Virus record (IMG/VR): IMGVR_UViG_3300033233_000001
Location: 124,001-188,000 of that record
Reading direction: 5' to 3' (one strand)
DNA length: 64,000 bases
Both the position numbers and the translations under genes were made by a program. Shown here in pieces: positions 59,848-64,000 of the stretch. Within the stretch, counting starts at the first letter, position 1. Every line of letters starts with the position of its first letter. Below the pieces are notes generated by a model. The model was not told the origin of the DNA. It saw only the letters and a program-made list of their open reading frames with translations, and made no database searches.

Positions 59848-59919
59848 CGCTCTCGGACTGAATCGAACAGTCGTTCCTGGTTTCGTAGACCAGTGCCCTA
59901 TCCGCTGGACGACGAGAGC
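59848..59919 (-). tRNA. tRNA-Arg(ACG)
   Basis: Cloverleaf. Confidence 0.85.
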
Positions 59920-59924
59920 ATCAG

Positions 59925-59999
59925 CACCCCTGGCGGGACTCGAACCCGCGGCCTCTCCGTCCGTAGCGGAGCACTCTGATTCCACTGAGCTACAGGGGC
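59925..59999 (-). tRNA. tRNA-Arg(ACG)
   Basis: Cloverleaf. Confidence 0.88.
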
Positions 60000-60000
60000 A

Positions 60001-60074
60001 CGCTGCGGACAGGAGTCGAACCTGCAACCTCTCGTTTAGAAAACGAGCGCCGCTTCCGGTGCGGCTTCCGCAGC
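60001..60074 (-). tRNA. tRNA-Arg(TCT)
   Basis: Cloverleaf. Confidence 0.82.
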
Positions 60075-60076
60075 AT

Positions 60077-60206
60077 TTCTGGCAAGGGATGCAGACCGGC
60101 GTTTAGCGTTCTAACCGTTTAAACTACCGCCGCCTTTCGGCCGCGACCGGGAGTCGAACCCGGACCTCTCGAATACAAGTCGATAACCGCTCTGCTTCGG
60201 CCAGAA
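60077..60206 (-). ncRNA. yrlA: YrlA-type Y RNA
   Basis: GCCGAAG..GGTTATC, then T arm, closed acceptor stem and D arm, then CCTTGCC. Confidence 0.82.
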
Positions 60207-60207
60207 G

Positions 60208-60276
60208 AGGCGCGAGCCAGGGTCGCACTGGCCTTCATCGGGTTGCAGCCGATGTCCTTCGCTGGAAGATCGCGCC
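60208..60276 (-). tRNA. tRNA-Cys(GCA)
   Basis: Cloverleaf with U73. Confidence 0.78.
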
Positions 60277-60280
60277 TAAC

Positions 60281-60318
60281 TCTCGGGCAAGGGGCGTCGT
60301 CGGAGATTCGGCCCGAGA
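60281..60318 (-). ncRNA. minimal Ro60-binding-stem hairpin
   Basis: TCTCGGGCCGAA..CCTTGCCCGAGA. Confidence 0.5.
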
Positions 60319-60390
60319 AGCGACAGGCGAGACTCGAACTCGCGTAGACCTGAATGGAAGTCAGGCGCCTTACCTCTAGGCTACTGTCGC
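60319..60390 (-). tRNA. tRNA-Gly(TCC)
   Basis: Cloverleaf. Confidence 0.85.
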
Positions 60391-60393
60391 GGA

Positions 60394-60465
60394 AGCCGCC
60401 ATCGAGATTCGCACTCGACTAGCCCGCATACCAAGCGGGTACCTCGCTATCTAGGATTTGGCGGC
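60394..60465 (-). tRNA. tRNA-Thr(GGT)
   Basis: Cloverleaf. Confidence 0.78.
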
Positions 60466-61044
60466 CAAGATTCGTGCGATTCGCCTGTGAACCGCCTGGT
60501 TTGAGCAGCCGACCGTATCGGCGATAGCCTGTAGCGTCATGCGCTGACGCATCTCAGTCAACACCGCATCCGGCGGCCACCGAACGCGCCTGTTGGACGG
60601 GTGTTCTGGCTGCCTTGCTCGCGGAGGCATGCGGCGCTCCGCCGCATGCAGGTTGGCATGCGCCATCTTGGTTAGCACCTCCAGATTGTCCGGATTGTCA
60701 TTCTCCCTGTTCTTGTCCCTGTGATGGACTTCTTCGTCGCGATAGAGGGCACGCCCGATCTTCGCCTCGGCCACCAATGTGGCTCGCTTGACGTAGCCGG
60801 ATTTCATCGCCCGGTGATGCGTCGGCGCCTTCACGTACCAGTATCCACGACTCCCTCGCGTCTCGCCGCCCTTCCAATGCCCGTTCTTGTCCCCCGGTCC
60901 GCTGGGGGGCACATGTCCAGAGTGGAGTGACCTACAGGAGCGGCCGCAGAACCGCGCAAAACCGCGAGCGCGATCTGTTGTTCGCGCTGAGAATGCGGCC
61001 CCGCAGTGATCGCAAAAGTAGGCTTCCTTTTTTGGAATCGACAC
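60451..61044 (-). CDS. HNH homing endonuclease with C-terminal HTH
   Basis: CDHC..FCGRSC, WKGG, EEVHHRDKNRENDNPDNLEV..HANLH. Confidence 0.85.
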   Translation of the reverse strand: MSIPKKEAYFCDHCGAAFSARTTDRARGFARFCGRSCRSLHSGHVPPSGPGDKNGHWKGGETRGSRGYWYVKAPTHHRAMKSGYVKRATLVAEAKIGRALYRDEEVHHRDKNRENDNPDNLEVLTKMAHANLHAAERRMPPRARQPEHPSNRRVRWPPDAVLTEMRQRMTLQAIADTVGCSNQAVHRRIARILAAKS

Positions 61045-61091
61045 CCGATCACCATGAACCGTGCGGAGATTCTCGTCAACCGTTTATTTGA

Positions 61092-61163
61092 AGCCACCGG
61101 AGGTGCTCGCATCCTCCTCGCCGGTCTACAAGTCCGGCACGTCGCTTTCTACGCTTCGGTGGC
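61092..61163 (-). tRNA. tRNA-Thr(TGT)
   Basis: Cloverleaf, atypical T arm. Confidence 0.68.
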
Positions 61164-61173
61164 ACTACGAAAA

Positions 61174-61245
61174 AGCTCGCAGTCGAACTCGAATCGACCT
61201 TTCCGACTTACGAGGCCGGCGCGTCGCCATCTACGCTTTGCGAGC
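61174..61245 (-). tRNA. tRNA-Thr(CGT)
   Basis: Cloverleaf. Confidence 0.82.
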
Positions 61246-61251
61246 CAATAC

Positions 61252-61325
61252 TGGACCTGACCGGCTCCGCCCCGGTCGCCTCCTGAGTGCAAGTCAGGCG
61301 CTCTCCTAAAATGAGCTACAGGCCC
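61252..61325 (-). tRNA. tRNA-Ala(TGC)
   Basis: G3:U70; atypical T loop. Confidence 0.78.
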
Positions 61326-61390
61326 TTGGAGCCGGACCGTCAGAGGCGTTTGTCCCGTCCCTGGGCGCGTGACGGTGGGATTCCGGCGTA

Positions 61391-61464
61391 AGCGGCGCGG
61401 GAGACTCGAACTCCTTGTTTACCGGTGTGGCACACCGGTGGCAGACCTTCCGCCTGCGCGCCGC
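61391..61464 (-). tRNA. tRNA-Gly(GCC)
   Basis: Cloverleaf. Confidence 0.72.
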
Positions 61465-61472
61465 AGAGACTT

Positions 61473-61543
61473 TGGAGTCGGCGGGAGTCGGACCCGCACT
61501 TCGTCGATGCCATCGACGTGTGATCCCGCTTCACTACGACCCC
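61473..61543 (-). tRNA. tRNA-Ala(GGC)
   Basis: Cloverleaf with G3:U70. Confidence 0.78.
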
Positions 61544-61545
61544 GA

Positions 61546-61631
61546 TGGAGCGGACCGGGCTCGAACCGGTACCTCGTCCGGGGCCACTCGCCCCGGTCGC
61601 GCGCTGCCGTTGCACTTTGCGCTACCGTCCC
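61546..61631 (-). ncRNA. tRNA-like RNA with Ala acceptor identity and a non-canonical anticodon arm
   Basis: G3:U70, A73, normal T arm; extended stem CCGGGGC-GAGTG-GCCCCGG. Confidence 0.6.
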
Positions 61632-61644
61632 GTATCGTCGGCCA

Positions 61645-62055
61645 ATGCCGACCACAGATCTGCCCGCGAAGCTGCTTCAGGAACTCTCTGACGGCCTGCT
61701 CATCGCCTACCGCGTCAAGAACCACAAGCTCGACTACTCGCTGATGAACCGGCCCGAGCCGACGCTCAGTGGCGTCGATGACCACGCGCTCGCGACCGCC
61801 ATCATCATCGCCGGCCGAGAGTTCGATCTCGTCGTCGACGAGAACATCATGCAGTCCGAGCGCGTCGTCCGCAGCGACGGTCGAGAGGTGACGTACAACG
61901 AGGCGATCGACATCAACTGGGAGGATCGCGTCATCCGGTCGAGCCGCCGGAAGGAGATGACCATGGACGTGCTCGCCGGGATCGTCACCGCGCTCATGCA
62001 GCAGGCTGCGGCGCCGACGCCGGATGCGCTGGCGCCCGAGTCGAAGTCGAACTGA
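61645..62055 (+). CDS. hypothetical protein
   Basis: Fills the gap between two tRNAs. Confidence 0.6.
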   Translation: MPTTDLPAKLLQELSDGLLIAYRVKNHKLDYSLMNRPEPTLSGVDDHALATAIIIAGREFDLVVDENIMQSERVVRSDGREVTYNEAIDINWEDRVIRSSRRKEMTMDVLAGIVTALMQQAAAPTPDALAPESKSN

Positions 62056-62126
62056 TCGTCGCGCCGAGAGTCGCACTCGGGTCTTCCGCGTGTCGGGCGG
62101 GTACTCTTCTGTTGAGCTACGCGACG
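62056..62126 (-). tRNA. tRNA-Val(GAC)
   Basis: Cloverleaf, atypical loop. Confidence 0.68.
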
Positions 62127-62198
62127 TTGGTCCAGACTGATTGCGATGGCCATCGCTGCTCGGCCCAAGCCGGCCGACACGGAACGAGCCCAGCTGGA

Positions 62199-62270
62199 TC
62201 GGCGCAGGTGGAATCGGACCACCAACTCAACCTTATCAGGGTTGCGTTAAGACCACTTAACTATGCGCCG
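62199..62270 (-). tRNA. tRNA-Ile(GAT)
   Basis: Cloverleaf. Confidence 0.8.
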
Positions 62271-62273
62271 CGA

Positions 62274-62346
62274 CGTCCTCGACAAGAATCGAACTTGTGG
62301 CCTGCTTTTTAGGAAAAAGCTGCTCTTCCAGCTGAGCTACGAGGAC
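62274..62346 (-). tRNA. tRNA-Arg(CCT)
   Basis: Cloverleaf. Confidence 0.88.
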
Positions 62347-62351
62347 AATAA

Positions 62352-62426
62352 GGGTGACCAGGGGGACATCGAACCCCTCATCCTCCGGACCACAACCGGA
62401 TGCTCTACCTTTGAGCTATGGCCACC
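62352..62426 (-). tRNA. tRNA-His(GTG)
   Basis: Cloverleaf with G-1. Confidence 0.85.
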
Positions 62427-62434
62427 ATGAACCA

Positions 62435-62507
62435 TGGAGTTAGCCGGGATCGAACCGGCGACCTCTTGAGTGCGATTCAAGCGCTCTCCCAGCTGAGCTA
62501 TAACCCC
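62435..62507 (-). tRNA. tRNA-Ala(CGC)
   Basis: Canonical cloverleaf. Confidence 0.9.
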
Positions 62508-62618
62508 TCTTTCATTAAGACTGCGACGATCGAAGTGTTCCTCAGTCTTAGTTTTGCCGCATTTAGGACAGCGCTTTGTCCTCATCTTCAACCTCATCGG
62601 GGTGCCCTCACCCAGTTA

Positions 62619-62692
62619 CGCCCCCACGGGGAATTGAACCCCGCTCGACCCTGCTTGACAAGCAGGCGTCCACGCCAGTGGACTTTGGAGGC
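62619..62692 (-). tRNA. tRNA-Asp(GTC)
   Basis: Cloverleaf. Confidence 0.82.
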
Positions 62693-62821
62693 ATTGGTGT
62701 GGCGGGTCCTACTCAGCGCGGACGCTGAGCCTTCGGTACCAAGGTGGACCTCACCACGATCACGCCGAGAGCTACCCGGCATGACTCGACGCAACACGGA
62801 GAGCTACTCCGCCTTGGCCGA

Positions 62822-62894
62822 TGGGACGCCCTGGAGTCGAACCAGGTTCCGCGGCTTTTCAGACCGCTGCAATGACCGCACTTGCTCACGTCCC
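62822..62894 (-). tRNA. tRNA-Phe(GAA)
   Basis: Cloverleaf. Confidence 0.82.
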
Positions 62895-62898
62895 GTGA

Positions 62899-62969
62899 CA
62901 GGCCAGGCAGGCGTCGAACCTGCTCGACGCGCGATTTGGAGTCGCGCCGGCTACCTCAGCCTCTGACCT
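62899..62969 (-). tRNA. tRNA-Trp(CCA)
   Basis: Cloverleaf. Confidence 0.78.
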
Positions 62970-62974
62970 AAGGA

Positions 62975-63258
62975 CTCCTGGGGCTGGAATCGAACCAGCG
63001 ACCACTCGGTTACGTACCACTTCGGCTTTCGCCGCCCGCAGGCGCGGTTCGTGGTCTGGACTATCCCATCGTCCTCGACTTGCAGTCGGTCGGACGTCGC
63101 CCCTCTAGTCTCTACACCTTCCCCCGAGGGGGCTTGGCTCGGGATTGCCACGTCTCTTGCGACGAGGGTTCCCCGAGTTTGGGCGATTTTCACCGGCCGA
63201 TTACTCGGTCGGGCTGCCAACGGACAGCCGAGCGCTCTTCCATCTGAGCTACCCAGGA
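62975..63258 (-). tRNA. tRNA-Asn(GTT), intron-containing
   Basis: Exons 63224-63258 and 62975-63012 join to give CTCGG-CTGTTAA-CCGAG. Confidence 0.88.
63013..63223 (-). ncRNA. group I self-splicing intron (211 nt)
   Basis: P1 U-G pair (GGCTGT/GCAGCC), AATCCCGAGCCAAG, GTAGAGACTA, GATAGTCC and terminal G. Confidence 0.88.
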
Positions 63259-63339
63259 ATGTGGCTGGCGCCCGATGGCGCCAGCCGTCTTCTTCGGTTC
63301 CTATTCAGTTTTCAAAGAGGCCGCCGTGAAGCGGCTTCA

Positions 63340-63412
63340 TTCCGGGTCGAGGACTCGAACCTACGATTTTCTGAGTCAGAGTCAGACGGCCTGCCGATTA
63401 GCCGAACCCGGA
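63340..63412 (-). tRNA. tRNA-Gln(CTG)
   Basis: Cloverleaf. Confidence 0.85.
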
Positions 63413-63485
63413 TGGGATGGACGGGACTCGAACCCGCTTAGGCCGATGTAAGAAACCGGTGTAGTTCCTGATCTACATCCATCCC
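63413..63485 (-). tRNA. tRNA-Lys(CTT)
   Basis: Cloverleaf. Confidence 0.78.
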
Positions 63486-63494
63486 GAAAAACCA

Positions 63495-63566
63495 TGGGAG
63501 CGACGGGGGTCGAACCCGCGACCGTCCAGTTAAAAGCTGGCTGATCTACCTCTGATCTACGCTCCC
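63495..63566 (-). tRNA. tRNA-Lys(TTT)
   Basis: Cloverleaf. Confidence 0.85.
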
Positions 63567-63778
63567 GCTTTCACGCGGCAGCGCGTTTCTCCTCTCGTCC
63601 CTCGACGCCCAGCACGGTGCGCCGATCTGCTCCCGACATGAGCAGCCACAGGCCGTCGACTTCGTCCTGAAGCCGATCGACCTCGTCCTCTCCGCCGCGG
63701 GCGCGCGCAGCCCGAAGCCGCTCGCGCGCCAGCCGGTACCTCTCCACGATGTGCACGGTAGTCATGATCTTTCTCGAT

Positions 63779-63858
63779 TGGAGCCGGAGGGAATTGAACC
63801 CCCTGTGCCGTGAGGCGCCCGGTCTACAGCCGGGTGGGGACCATTCCCCATCGACTCC
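63779..63858 (-). tRNA. tRNA-Tyr(GTA)
   Basis: Cloverleaf with variable arm. Confidence 0.78.
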
Positions 63859-64000
63859 AGAAATGCGAAGAGGGCGCTCGGTTTCCCGCGCGCCCTCGTA
63901 GTTTCTGGATGGTGGTCCGTACTTACGAGGGCGATCTGGGCTTCCGATTCTGGTGCGCGTAGAAGCCCGTCCAGGCGCACACGACTCCGCGATCGCAACC

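Overview
A GC-rich, gene-dense segment of a large bacteriophage or phage-like element. It has many short overlapping hypothetical ORFs and no capsid, tail or replication genes. The host is uncertain; an RRM protein and the high GC would fit Myxococcota or similar (inference). The main result is a compact type V CRISPR locus on the minus strand (45.7-48.8 kb): promoter, a 206-aa coiled-coil partner gene, an AsCas12f1-like protein whose RuvC-I catalytic Asp is replaced by His (predicted nuclease-dead), a tracrRNA and a CRISPR array. A second, covarying copy of the tracrRNA with its own two-repeat mini-array lies upstream. A separate orphan mini-array at 7.2 kb has a different repeat but shares leader motifs at the same spacing. 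The window also carries an RNA-centred toolkit: Ro60/TROVE with about five Y-RNA-like elements, two RNA-ligase-family proteins, oligoribonuclease, a DEDDh exonuclease, an RRM protein and a mini EF-Ts. There are about 40 tRNA genes, one with a group I intron and one disrupted by an IS607-type TnpB element. A long ncRNA with permuted tRNA-like modules follows a conserved gene at 26-27 kb. A recurrent GTGTGTCG(T/C/G)AAGC box sits at sigma70-like, often leaderless promoters. All calls come from reading motifs by eye; no database searches were run.
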